A stretch of DNA of 16,647 nt from Nitrospinota bacterium (GTDB lineage Bacteria; UBA8248). The DNA is taken from positions 1 through 16,647 of the forward strand of contig JAYGFR010000249.1 in NCBI GenBank assembly GCA_046581755.1, read 5' to 3'. This document shows, piece after piece, positions 1 through 8,435 of this stretch; position 1 is the first letter of the stretch, and each line of letters opens with the position of its first letter. Under the pieces are notes generated by a model that was given only the letters and a program-made list of their open reading frames with translations, ran no database searches and had not been told where the DNA came from. The position numbers and the translations under genes were made by a program.

Positions 1-1312
1 TGATCCGCAGGGTGGACTCTTTTCCGGTCAACGCCGCCAGATAGGGCCGGGCGATAATCCGGGCCAGATTCTTTCTGTAAAGGAGTTTCACCAATCCGGT
101 AAATGCCAAATTGGCCGAGAATGCATCATCGCCCCGCACTAAGTTTTGATAAGTAAACGTAAGGGCGTTGGATCCCTCGGTCCCAATCGCGGTGGCGAGG
201 GCGCTATATCTTTTCTGGGCGTAGTCATTGACGCCGATGTTCAACTCCTCCAGAGCGTCCGAATCCACCTCAAGCACCAAAACCTCGATGAGCACATGCT
301 GCGGCTTGCGGTCGATCGTCCTGAGCACCCGCTTTATCTTTCGCACCTGGCTTCGCTTGCCCTTGATGATGACGGTGTTCCGGGTTTCCTCGATGCTGAA
401 CAGGACGCCTCCCGCGCCTCCCCCCGGGGCGCCTTCTTCTCCTTCGCCCCCCCCTCCCCCAAATAATTTCGACAAAACCTGATTGGCCGATTTGACGTTC
501 AGGTTGAGGAGTGGGTGTTCAACGGTGATTTCAGGGTCGCTGGGCTTTTTCACGGCCGCTGGGGCCGCTGGGGCCTCGGCTCCCTCTGGAGGCGGCCCGG
601 CCGAGGGTGGCGGAGGGTCTCCATCCGTGGGCGGCGGCACCGCTCCCTCCGCCGCGGGCGGAGTCGCTCCTTCCGCGGGCGAATCCTGGACAAGAAGACC
701 AAGGAACCTTCCCCTCTGGAATCCTGTGGTTGCCCTTTGGAATCTTGTGGAAAATTGCGCGGGCGTGCCGTTGTTGTTGTTGTCTTTCCGGAAACTCTGG
801 GGAGGGCTGGGGGGTTTCTTGGCCGCCGCGGCGGGCCTGTCGGGAACGCCCTCCTCGATGAACAGGACGCCCTCGCTCGAGAACGACGCGGAAAATCCCT
901 GGGAATTCAAAAAAATATTCACCGCGCGCAGGAAAGGCATTTTTTCGAACCGTCCCGACACGAATCCCGTAATTGTTAGGTCATTCAAAAAATATTGGGT
1001 TTTCGATTTGGTCAATAAAATATCGATGACCTTTCCCAGCGGCGCATTGTTCAGGTCGGCGCTGACGAGAAATCCCTTTTTCTTCCCGTCCCGGACGACT
1101 TCGAGACGGCGAATTTTGGCGCCAAGCACGGCTTCGCGCTTCTTCTTGGCTTTGGTCGCGTCTTTTTGGTAAGTCTCGAAAATACCGGCAATATCTTTAT
1201 CGGTGAACAGCAGATTGTTCATTTCGACTTTTTTCTTATTGTTGGCGCACCCGAACGCAACGAGGAGGCCACACAAGAATATCAACTTCGGGAGGTTGTT
1301 TCTCATCATCAT
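1..1312 (-). CDS. Secretin (GspD/PilQ family) with N-terminal lipoprotein signal; partial, 3' end runs off the window
   Basis: Not in the ORF track. Manual translation gives an open frame from ATG 1312 (alternatives 1333/1309/1306) to position 2: MMMRNNLPKLIFLCGLLVAFGC..., an STN-like segment (ADLNNAPLGKVIDILL), a Pro/Ala-rich linker, an N3-like segment (IEETRNTVIIKGKRSQVRKIKRVLRTIDRKPQHVLIEVLVLEV), and the start of the secretin domain (ARIIARPYLAALTGKESTLRI). Confidence 0.88.
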   Translation of the reverse strand, partial: MMMRNNLPKLIFLCGLLVAFGCANNKKKVEMNNLLFTDKDIAGIFETYQKDATKAKKKREAVLGAKIRRLEVVRDGKKKGFLVSADLNNAPLGKVIDILLTKSKTQYFLNDLTITGFVSGRFEKMPFLRAVNIFLNSQGFSASFSSEGVLFIEEGVPDRPAAAAKKPPSPPQSFRKDNNNNGTPAQFSTRFQRATTGFQRGRFLGLLVQDSPAEGATPPAAEGAVPPPTDGDPPPPSAGPPPEGAEAPAAPAAVKKPSDPEITVEHPLLNLNVKSANQVLSKLFGGGGGEGEEGAPGGGAGGVLFSIEETRNTVIIKGKRSQVRKIKRVLRTIDRKPQHVLIEVLVLEVDSDALEELNIGVNDYAQKRYSALATAIGTEGSNALTFTYQNLVRGDDAFSANLAFTGLVKLLYRKNLARIIARPYLAALTGKESTLRI

Positions 1313-1470
1313 CCACCGATGGAGCCTGACCATGGACCCAGCCCATCCCCACGCAGTCGGATAAAACCGATCAGGGAACTTTGGCCGGACATCCTATTTA
1401 CCCTATTCATGTTTAAGCTTTTATAGCCAAGGACCCGGGAAAATGCAATCCCGTATTTTCGCCTCAAACC

Positions 1471-2277
1471 CTAAAATCGCCACATCACGCCCAGGACAAC
1501 GGGGACGCCCAGAATGGGTTCGGTGGAAACCAATCCGCTCACACCGTCCGTCACCTCACGCTCCTGAATCCATTCCAGGCGGACCTCGCCCATGAATCCG
1601 AATTTTCCCCATTTGTATTCGGCGCCCACCCCTCCTTCGCCGTAGAACAAGAGTTTTGAATCGAAAAAATCCACCCGGATGGACTGGGAGGGAGCCTCGG
1701 TAAGGAAGATCCGGGCGGTGATGTCGTCCGTCTGGAGGAGGCCCAAACTTCCCCGTACATAAAAAGATAATTTATCTTTCATGAACGGATACATCTTCAT
1801 GCCGGCATAAATTCCCCATTCGGCGGCATCTTTCATCGACACGCGAATGTTCCCCGCCTGGGTGGCCGTGAGCGACCCGAGGCCCGCGAAATCGATTGTC
1901 GCGGGGCCGTCGATCTGGAACCCGTCGAACGATTTTCCGTTGAGTTGCCGGTAGACGATGCCCGCATGAAGGCCAATCTGGTTCGTGAAGGAGCTCCCGA
2001 ATTCCACGCCCACCCCGCGCTGGGAAAAGGCGTCGTCAAAGGAGGTGGAAAGCGATTTGATCGACGCTGCCGTATTGAGGGTAATGCGGTCGCGCGCATT
2101 GTTGGCCGTGAAGGAGGCGGTGGCGGGTTTAATCAAATCGCCGGACGAGAAAACCGACGATGAAAAATAGGGCTGGACCGTCCCGCCGATTTTCTTCTCC
2201 TCCGCCGCCGGGGCGCGGAGGGGATGGAAGATCGACAGGACCGCCAATAAAAATACCGCCGCTTTAAATCGGTTCAT
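1471..2277 (-). CDS. Outer-membrane beta-barrel protein
   Basis: Likely start ATG 2277 after a GGAG SD (track starts at 2394). Signal peptide MNRFKAAVFLLAVLSIFHPLRAPA, alternating amphipathic beta-strands, and C-terminal VVLGVMWRF (terminal Phe beta-signal). Confidence 0.8.
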   Translation of the reverse strand: MNRFKAAVFLLAVLSIFHPLRAPAAEEKKIGGTVQPYFSSSVFSSGDLIKPATASFTANNARDRITLNTAASIKSLSTSFDDAFSQRGVGVEFGSSFTNQIGLHAGIVYRQLNGKSFDGFQIDGPATIDFAGLGSLTATQAGNIRVSMKDAAEWGIYAGMKMYPFMKDKLSFYVRGSLGLLQTDDITARIFLTEAPSQSIRVDFFDSKLLFYGEGGVGAEYKWGKFGFMGEVRLEWIQEREVTDGVSGLVSTEPILGVPVVLGVMWRF

Positions 2278-2731
2278 CCATTCTCCCGCAAATGAGGTGA
2301 TCTCGCCATTCCGCCCAAAACCAGGACCGCCAATCATCGAACGCGCCTTTAACCCCGCCCGCGCCAAGTTCCCGGGATGGGGCCGAATTTTCACTCATAG
2401 GAGCAAATATGGAAGAGGTTGGATCATAGCCCAAAAATGTGGAAATGAAAAACCTGGCTGCGCGGGGGTTCGGGCGATTTCAGCCAAACCGGCCGGCCGG
2501 CTGAGAATTGACGTGGCCCAATATCCAGCCCCGCGGATAAACCCGGAGCGCCCCGGCATCCCCGCCGGAAAAGAGCGGGTTTTGGGCCCATTCACGGCCA
2601 AGGACCGGCTCCCTGTGAGGGGCGGAGGGAGGTTGATTCCGCCAAATCCGGAGAGATTTTCGGATAAAAAGCCGGGATAAAAGACCGGAGAACCGATTCA
2701 ATCCTGAGGATGCTGGATATCCGGAACACCC

Positions 2732-4051
2732 TTAATAATCGAAAACGGTCGGACCCTCCACCGGCTCCGCAAGCACCCTCAGAGCCTCGCGGGCGGCCCC
2801 GAGGCGCCATTTGCGCTCGGCCTCCGGCTCCCTGGAAGGATCGCCGAAGGGATGGTGGAAATGGCCCGCCTTGGTGTTCACGATGCGGTTGGCCCCGATG
2901 TCGCGGGCGACATTTGGCAGGCAAGTAACGACGACGGTGGGAATGCCCTCCCGCTCCAGAGCCCTGGCCAGCGCAGCCCCGCTGCGCGTGCCCGTCCCTC
3001 ACGTGGCGGGGAGGACGACCCCCGAAACACCCGAAGCCTTGATCTCCTTCGCCCAGGCCCGGCCGATACCGCCCATGGTTTCGAAGGCCCCGCCGTTGCC
3101 GCAGGTACTCAAGAAATCATCGTGCAGCCCGGCGATTTCGCCCTCGCGCTCCAGCTGGCGGAGCGCGTCCACGGCGAGCATCCGGTCGGGGTCCTCGTTG
3201 ACGAAAACCGTGTTGAACCCCCCGTGGATGGAGATGAAGGTCCCGCCGGGGAGCGTATCTTTTCCGGCCAAAGAGTATTTCGCCCAGTTCTCGTTCCGGG
3301 ACCCGGCGAGCCGGTCGGGGTTGCCGGGCGGAACCATCCCGCCTTCGGAGACAATGGCGATGACCGCTTTGCCAAGGTCGGCGATGGGGGCCGGAGGCGG
3401 GATCTTCTCGAGGAGGGGAACATCGAGTTCGGTCTCGAAAGGCTCTCCCGCGATCTTATTGAGGACAAGATCGACGGCGCGCTGGGAGGTCGGCACCTCG
3501 GAGATTTCGTTGTAGCGGATGCCGCGCGGGATGTAGCCCTCCTCCGCCGCGTTCCCGATGGCCTCGCCCCGGGCGAGCTTGAGCCCGAGCCGGAGAGCGC
3601 CCTCGAGCGCCTCCTCCATGCCGGCCGCCGTATCCCCGCAGGGCACCGTGTAGACCCGTTTTCCGCCCGCCCGGACCCCCGGATTCTCGGGATACATCGC
3701 CGTGACGGCGGGGATCCCGGCCTCCTCGGCCGCCGCCCGGCAGATAGCGGCGCAGGCCAGCCCATAGCGCCCGGCGTTGAAGGCGGGACCCGCCAGGATC
3801 AGATCCGGGGAAAACCCCTTTATCCGCTCCATCGCCTCAGCGGCGCACCGCTCCTCCTCTTCGGCGAAGAGACCGTCCCCGCAAAAAACCGTGCCCACGA
3901 CCGCGCCCTCGCCTCCCAAGATTTTATCGATCAGGAGTCCGGGTCCGGCCGGGCCCTCGTGTGAGGTGATGGGATGATCGCTTTTCTCCTCGCCGCCGGC
4001 GCCGGCGAAGAATTGGTTGATGTATTGAACGATTCGGATTTTTCCGCTCAT
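2732..4051 (-). CDS. grdB: Glycine/sarcosine/betaine reductase selenoprotein B family, 439 aa, Sec351
   Basis: ATG 4051 after a GGAG SD. Family motifs RIVQYINQFFAG, AGPAFNAGRYGLAC and MYPENPG. The TGA at 2999-3001 is followed in frame by GTGTRSGAALARALEREGIPTVVVTCLPNVARDIGANRIV...VEGPTVFDY to TAA at 2732-2734, which matches the GrdB C-terminus. Substrate subtype (grdB/grdF/grdH) is unresolved. Confidence 0.93.
2971..2987 (-). promoter_or_regulatory. Putative SECIS hairpin of grdB
   Basis: GCGCAGC-GGG-GCTGCGC, a perfect 7-bp stem starting 11 nt after the UGA, with G in the apical loop. Confidence 0.75.
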
Positions 4052-4142
4052 TTTCGATTCTCCCCGCCTGGTTCCGCCCGCCTGCGGCATGGTCCAAGGT
4101 TGAAGGCGATTTCCGCATAAGCCGCTCCCGCGAGGGCGCGGC

Positions 4143-5426
4143 TCAATAAGCCTTCCCGGTCATCCGGTTCAGGTCCATCGCCCATTCGTTCGCGTAATAG
4201 TCGCTGTCGGCCATGGTGAAGGCCTCTTTGGCGTCGCGCTCCTTGCCCCCGTACAGATGGATGTTCCGGGAGCCGATGACCCGATCCATCGCCGGAGCCT
4301 CGATGCGGTCGCCCTGCATCCCCTTGCTGACAATCGCGTCCGCCTCGGGGACGTGAAAGACAAGGGGAAACTCGCCGGTTCCGGGCCTGCCCACCTCGTA
4401 GATGATGGGAACGGCCCGCACCCCATTCTGCTCGAGCGCCTGCACCGTGAGCCAGTAGTCCACCGTCGAGTTTCCCCCGCCCTCGAAGGCGAGGACGGCC
4501 CCGTCGGCATTCAGCAGCCGGGCGAGCTTGGCGACGTAATGCGCCGAGCGCTCCTTCAGGGCCTGGTTGTCGCGGTGGCCGCGCGTGATGATGGTTCCGG
4601 CGAATTGAAGGTCCACCCCGTGGCGGCGGTAGAGTTCGTAGGCGAGCGGCATGTTGCAATGAATGTAGGTGGGCGCCTTCTGCTGGGTCTTGTAGTTGGC
4701 CCCGACGACGGCGCCGTCGAACATCTCGTTGGGATGAATGAGGGTGGGCAGTGAATCGCCCAGGTCCTTTCCGTACAGGAAGGTCTGGACCATCGAAGCC
4801 TGGTGCATGACCTGATCCACGAAAACCACGCGTGGAAGCGCGGGGTCGGCATCGCCCAACTCGAAGGTCTCCATCCGGACCGGCTCCAGGGACGCCGTGC
4901 ACTCGGCCAGCCGGGAGGCAATTTTCAGGGTGGCGAGCCGCACCGCGTCGTCGTGGGCTTCGTTCGAGACCCCGTCGACCGGCTTGTAGCGCGCGACGAG
5001 ATTCACCGTCTCCGAGTTGGTGCAGTACCTCCCACCCGGGCCGGTCATGTCGATGATACCTTCCCGGTAGGTCATGATGCCGGTCATGGGACCCAGGAAA
5101 TAAGTCGAGCTGATCACGCACATTCCGGACAACTTATGGGTCCGCCCCTGACCCGCCGTCTTCGCCGGCCCGAGAAACCCCGGAAACGCGCACGAGGGGC
5201 CGCTCACCTTGAAAAGCGGTTCTACGGCGTCGAGCACGTTCGTGATGCGGACCGATTCGCCGGGCCTGGCGGTGTGGAAGCTGACGTCATCCAGATTCCC
5301 GTCCCGAAGGGCCAGCTCGCGAAGCTCGGCCGGGTCCACCGTGAGGGTCCTCTCCCGGTAGGCGGTTCGATCCCCCAGGACCACCCGGTTCACCGGGAAA
5401 TACCCCATCTCCAGCCGCATGGACAT
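4143..5426 (-). CDS. grdE: Glycine/sarcosine/betaine reductase component B subunit (GrdE/GrdG/GrdI family), 427 aa
   Basis: Motifs ARPGESVRITNVLDAVEP, EGIIDMTGPG, PTLIHPNEMFDGAVV and EGGGN. GAGG SD overlaps the grdA 3' end, and the gene lies between grdA and grdB. Confidence 0.88.
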   Translation of the reverse strand: MSMRLEMGYFPVNRVVLGDRTAYRERTLTVDPAELRELALRDGNLDDVSFHTARPGESVRITNVLDAVEPLFKVSGPSCAFPGFLGPAKTAGQGRTHKLSGMCVISSTYFLGPMTGIMTYREGIIDMTGPGGRYCTNSETVNLVARYKPVDGVSNEAHDDAVRLATLKIASRLAECTASLEPVRMETFELGDADPALPRVVFVDQVMHQASMVQTFLYGKDLGDSLPTLIHPNEMFDGAVVGANYKTQQKAPTYIHCNMPLAYELYRRHGVDLQFAGTIITRGHRDNQALKERSAHYVAKLARLLNADGAVLAFEGGGNSTVDYWLTVQALEQNGVRAVPIIYEVGRPGTGEFPLVFHVPEADAIVSKGMQGDRIEAPAMDRVIGSRNIHLYGGKERDAKEAFTMADSDYYANEWAMDLNRMTGKAY

Positions 5427-5429
5427 CCG

Positions 5430-5888
5430 CTATCCTCTAATCGCCCCGCGAACCTGGGCCAGATCCTCTTCGATCCGGGGCAGGTCGAGCACCATTTCCA
5501 TCATTTCGAGTTTTTCCGCATAAATGTCCCGGGGAACTTCGCTGCGGACTTTTTCTTCCAGGATATGAAACACCGGGAGTTCCAACGAGACTCCCGCCAA
5601 GGGACCGGCCCAGCTGGGGTCTCCGGTCGTCAGCGTCTCGGCCGCGAGCCGGACGCCCTCACCGGGCATCCCCAGCACCACCACCAGGTTCTTGGCGCCG
5701 AATTTTTCGGCGAGCTCCTTGATGGCGGCCTGGTTTTCCAGGTCCATGGCACCCGCGGAGGTTCAGACGAAGCACTCGGTCTTCTGAAAAACGACCTCGC
5801 CCCCGGCCGCCTCGATGCACTCGGCGATGGCCGGGCCGGGAACCCCGTCCCGCTCTCCCAGGGCAATTACCTTTTTCCCTTTGAACAT
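5430..5888 (-). CDS. grdA: Glycine/sarcosine/betaine reductase selenoprotein A, 152 aa, Sec42
   Basis: ATG 5888 after a [49 protein letters not shown](TGA 5763-5765)[11 protein letters not shown]...[12 protein letters not shown], giving the hallmark CxxU motif. The track shows only the part after the UGA. Confidence 0.95.
5727..5745 (-). promoter_or_regulatory. Candidate SECIS hairpin of grdA
   Basis: GG(A)CCTGG-AAAA-CCAGG-CC; the core stem starts 20 nt after the UGA. Confidence 0.5.
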
Positions 5889-5941
5889 TCGGCACTCCTC
5901 TCGTTCCATCTGGATGATACCGTTCCGTTTCGATGACGCCG

Positions 5942-7354
5942 CTAGGTTTCGATGACGACCGACGCGCCGTCGGAATGCTGGGACATCCGGCCAAGGAACA
6001 AAGAACCCTTCGCCACCACCATCGTACTCCGAAGGTCTCCCCTCCGCATCCCCGCAAGGGCATGGCCGAGATAGGGGACGCCCGCGGGAATGTGCCCCTG
6101 GGTCGGAGCGAACCCCGGCATCCCGCGCTCCTCGACGAAGGAGTCGATATCCTCTCTCCCGATTTCGCCCGCCATGACGGCCAGCGCCGCGAGGGTGCGG
6201 TAGTTGGTCCGCGGAACATCGCCCGCGCCCGCCGGGAGCGTCACCCCGGGGTCGTGGAGCTCGACGGCGTACTTGTCGATATCGCAGATTCGCCGGCCGG
6301 CCCGTGCGAGCGGATCGCGCACCAGCGCCTCGGCCAGCCCCTGCGGGGTGGAAGGCTGTCCCGCCGCGTGGCGGCCGGCGATCTCAAGGTTCACGCGGGG
6401 GCCGTCCCCATCGCCCGTGCCGAGCAAAAAGGCGACCGATCCCAGAACGTCCTCCAAAACGGGCATCTCCTTTTCGATGTGGCGGTGGGCTTTCATCCCC
6501 AGCTTGGCCAGCGAGCCACCGCCGACGATGGCGACGTTGCGCACGACCCCCGCCTGGATGAGGGCCGCGCCGTGGATCAAGGCGACGACGGGCGCCGCGC
6601 AAAACGATTTGATGTCCGTCCCGGCGGCGTTCACGCAGCCGGCCATCTCGGCGATGGCCTTGGCGAGGTTGCCGCCCCCCCGGTTGTAGCGGTCGCCGAC
6701 GGCCTCCTCAGAGCAGCTGATCACGTATTCGAGCTCATCGGGCGCAGTCCCGGCCCCCTCGAGAAGATGCCGCAGCACATAGGCGCCGCTCGCCTTTGCC
6801 GCCAGATTTTCGAGGAGAATGCGCGCACCCAGCGCCTCGTCGGTTTCGTGATCCCGCCTGGCGCAGCCGATGAGCGCATCGCCCCGGTAAAGCGGAAGGG
6901 CCTCCCCCGATTCGACGAGGCGGAGGATGTCCTCCCTCCCGGACGCCTTCGGCGGCACGGCGCTTTCCAACAAAGGGACGGCAAGCGAGGCGCCCTCCGC
7001 CCCGAGGGGCCGCTCGAACATGGTGAGACCGAACAGATCCGCCGCCGCGAGGAGGGCGTAGAACGTCTCCTGACCGAGAATCTCTCCGAACGCGCCCCGG
7101 GCGGATGCGCCCCCGGCGGGGTGGGCATGCCAGGGCAGGAGAACCTCCCTCAACCGCTCGGGCGCGATGTTGCCGATGAACGCCTGGTTCGGCGGGTAAG
7201 CCACCGCCTCATCGAACTGCCTGAGGCGCTTCGAGAGAGCCCGCGAGAAAGAATCGCCCTGGGCGGCGATCTCGCGGAAACACTTCGACCCGTAGCGCAC
7301 CAAATCGGGCACATGAACAAGAACGTTGGCCGCCGCACGCAACACCGGGGTCAT
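5942..7354 (-). CDS. grdC: Glycine/sarcosine/betaine reductase component C subunit beta (FabH-like), 470 aa
   Basis: ATG 7354 after a GGAGAGGTGG SD. Motifs [68 protein letters not shown] and [10 protein letters not shown]. Confidence 0.93.
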   Translation of the reverse strand: MTPVLRAAANVLVHVPDLVRYGSKCFREIAAQGDSFSRALSKRLRQFDEAVAYPPNQAFIGNIAPERLREVLLPWHAHPAGGASARGAFGEILGQETFYALLAAADLFGLTMFERPLGAEGASLAVPLLESAVPPKASGREDILRLVESGEALPLYRGDALIGCARRDHETDEALGARILLENLAAKASGAYVLRHLLEGAGTAPDELEYVISCSEEAVGDRYNRGGGNLAKAIAEMAGCVNAAGTDIKSFCAAPVVALIHGAALIQAGVVRNVAIVGGGSLAKLGMKAHRHIEKEMPVLEDVLGSVAFLLGTGDGDGPRVNLEIAGRHAAGQPSTPQGLAEALVRDPLARAGRRICDIDKYAVELHDPGVTLPAGAGDVPRTNYRTLAALAVMAGEIGREDIDSFVEERGMPGFAPTQGHIPAGVPYLGHALAGMRRGDLRSTMVVAKGSLFLGRMSQHSDGASVVIET

Positions 7355-7397
7355 AAAACCACCTCTCCAACAGCACCGCACGATAAGAATGGCCGGA

Positions 7398-7425
7398 ATT
7401 ATGCGGCAACAGCACCCTATTTCAA
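7398..7425 (-). promoter_or_regulatory. Putative sigma70-type promoter of grdC
   Basis: TTGAAA-N16-CATAAT, about 45 nt upstream of the grdC start. A near-identical copy lies at 10794-10821. Confidence 0.55.
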
Positions 7426-7519
7426 AGCTCCGGCCTTTTCGAGGATTCGCGCGATATCCCTGGTATCCGCGCTGGCGGGTGTATGTCGTCAGAACATTTT
7501 GGACGACAAGCGCCTATCA

Positions 7520-7585
7520 CTAAGAGACACATGAGTTGTTGCGAAAGCGGCTAGGCCGCCATGTTGAGGACACTTCCTTGCTCAT
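7520..7585 (-). CDS. Small ORF MSKEVSSTWRPSRFRNNSCVS (21 aa): peptide or gene remnant
   Basis: AAGGAG SD 6 nt before ATG 7585, TAG at 7520-7522, downstream of the sigma54 site. No recognisable homology. Confidence 0.3.
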   Translation of the reverse strand: MSKEVSSTWRPSRFRNNSCVS

Positions 7586-7752
7586 CTCACGCTCCTTCCA
7601 AAGATGAATCGGTCAGAAAATGTCTCTTGGCGTATTACCCCGAATGGTCCGCCAGGTTCTCAATCCATACATCCCTTCTTCGCCCGCCATTTAATTCATT
7701 GCAGCGCTCATTTCCTCTTTCAAAAAACTCAACTCAGAACACACCCAAATAG

Positions 7753-7768
7753 AGCAACAGTTATGCCA
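7753..7768 (-). promoter_or_regulatory. Sigma54 (-24/-12) promoter facing the grd operon
   Basis: TGGCAT-AACTG-TTGCT versus consensus TGGCAC-N5-TTGCW, with exact GG-N10-GC spacing, in AT-rich intergenic DNA. Confidence 0.7.
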
Positions 7769-7862
7769 TCTACCTTAATTGTTGTCTTTTCAATGAAATA
7801 CAATCACTTGCCGCCTAAATGGAGACAGGGATGAAGGTGCTAATCCGTTCGAATTATCATTG

Positions 7863-7882
7863 AATGTATGGAGATGTACATT
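7863..7882. promoter_or_regulatory. Candidate enhancer (UAS) for a sigma54 activator
   Basis: Inverted repeat AATGTA-N8-TACATT containing TGT-N10-ACA, about 100 nt upstream of the -24 box. Confidence 0.45.
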
Positions 7883-8435
7883 TTATGTGTTTTTTTATAG
7901 GGGCCATTTCCAGAGTCTTTTTACTGGTCAAGGAAGGAGCGCGAATGGAGCGGCAGGAGTTGCGTGGAAATTCAGGTGGAGGGGAATTTTGGAAAAAACC
8001 ACATGAGCCTCTCCCCCCGGATTGGAGGTGGAGTCCACCTCCACCCGCCGAACATGGCTCAAACGGGGCAAGGGAGAGGGTTGGGGTCGTTCCGGCGGGA
8101 ACGAAGGGTTTTGTCTTTGCCGTTGCAATAAAAGGGAAAACGACCCCCTAAAACACTTTTTCCGATTCTACGTTTGCGGTTTCTCTCGGTGGCGACCCCC
8201 CCGGCGGACGCCGCCACCCCGGAGTATAAGGAGCGGGGGATATACGGGAGCGGCGGGTCAACCTTTGATATCCGGCTCAGTAGGAGCGCAGGAGATGGGG
8301 AAATTCTTCTCAATCCGCATGGACCGTTTCTGGCGGGCGGGCTACCTGCCCACTCCGAAAGACAAATAAAGAAATCTTTCATAAAATCGAACGACTGAAT
8401 TTTTTTATGTGAATTCGTATTTGGAGCGGGGCGGC

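Noticed and set aside
447..460. G8 tract in the secretin gene as a phase-variation switch
   Set aside because: Short, in frame, and explained by a poly-Gly loop in a GC-rich genome.
4143..4145. Genome-wide UGA reassignment (Trp/Gly) as the explanation for in-frame TGAs
   Set aside because: TGA terminates grdE at the family-typical length and the hydrolase at 9934. Internal TGAs occur only at Sec/Cys motif positions.
2811..7534. Long plus-strand ORFs (2852-3964, 4803-5936, 5933-7534) and 483-1172
   Set aside because: Antisense shadows of high-GC genes with no recognisable motifs.
7355..7750. Glycine or other riboswitch in the grd leader
   Set aside because: I could not find the glycine aptamer signature (GGAGA...CCGAAG...CTCTCAGG). 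An Rfam scan would be needed to exclude other classes.
7561..8398. Short ORFs in the grdC-deacetylase intergenic region
   Set aside because: They overlap each other, lack family motifs and typical codon bias, and partly cover promoter elements.
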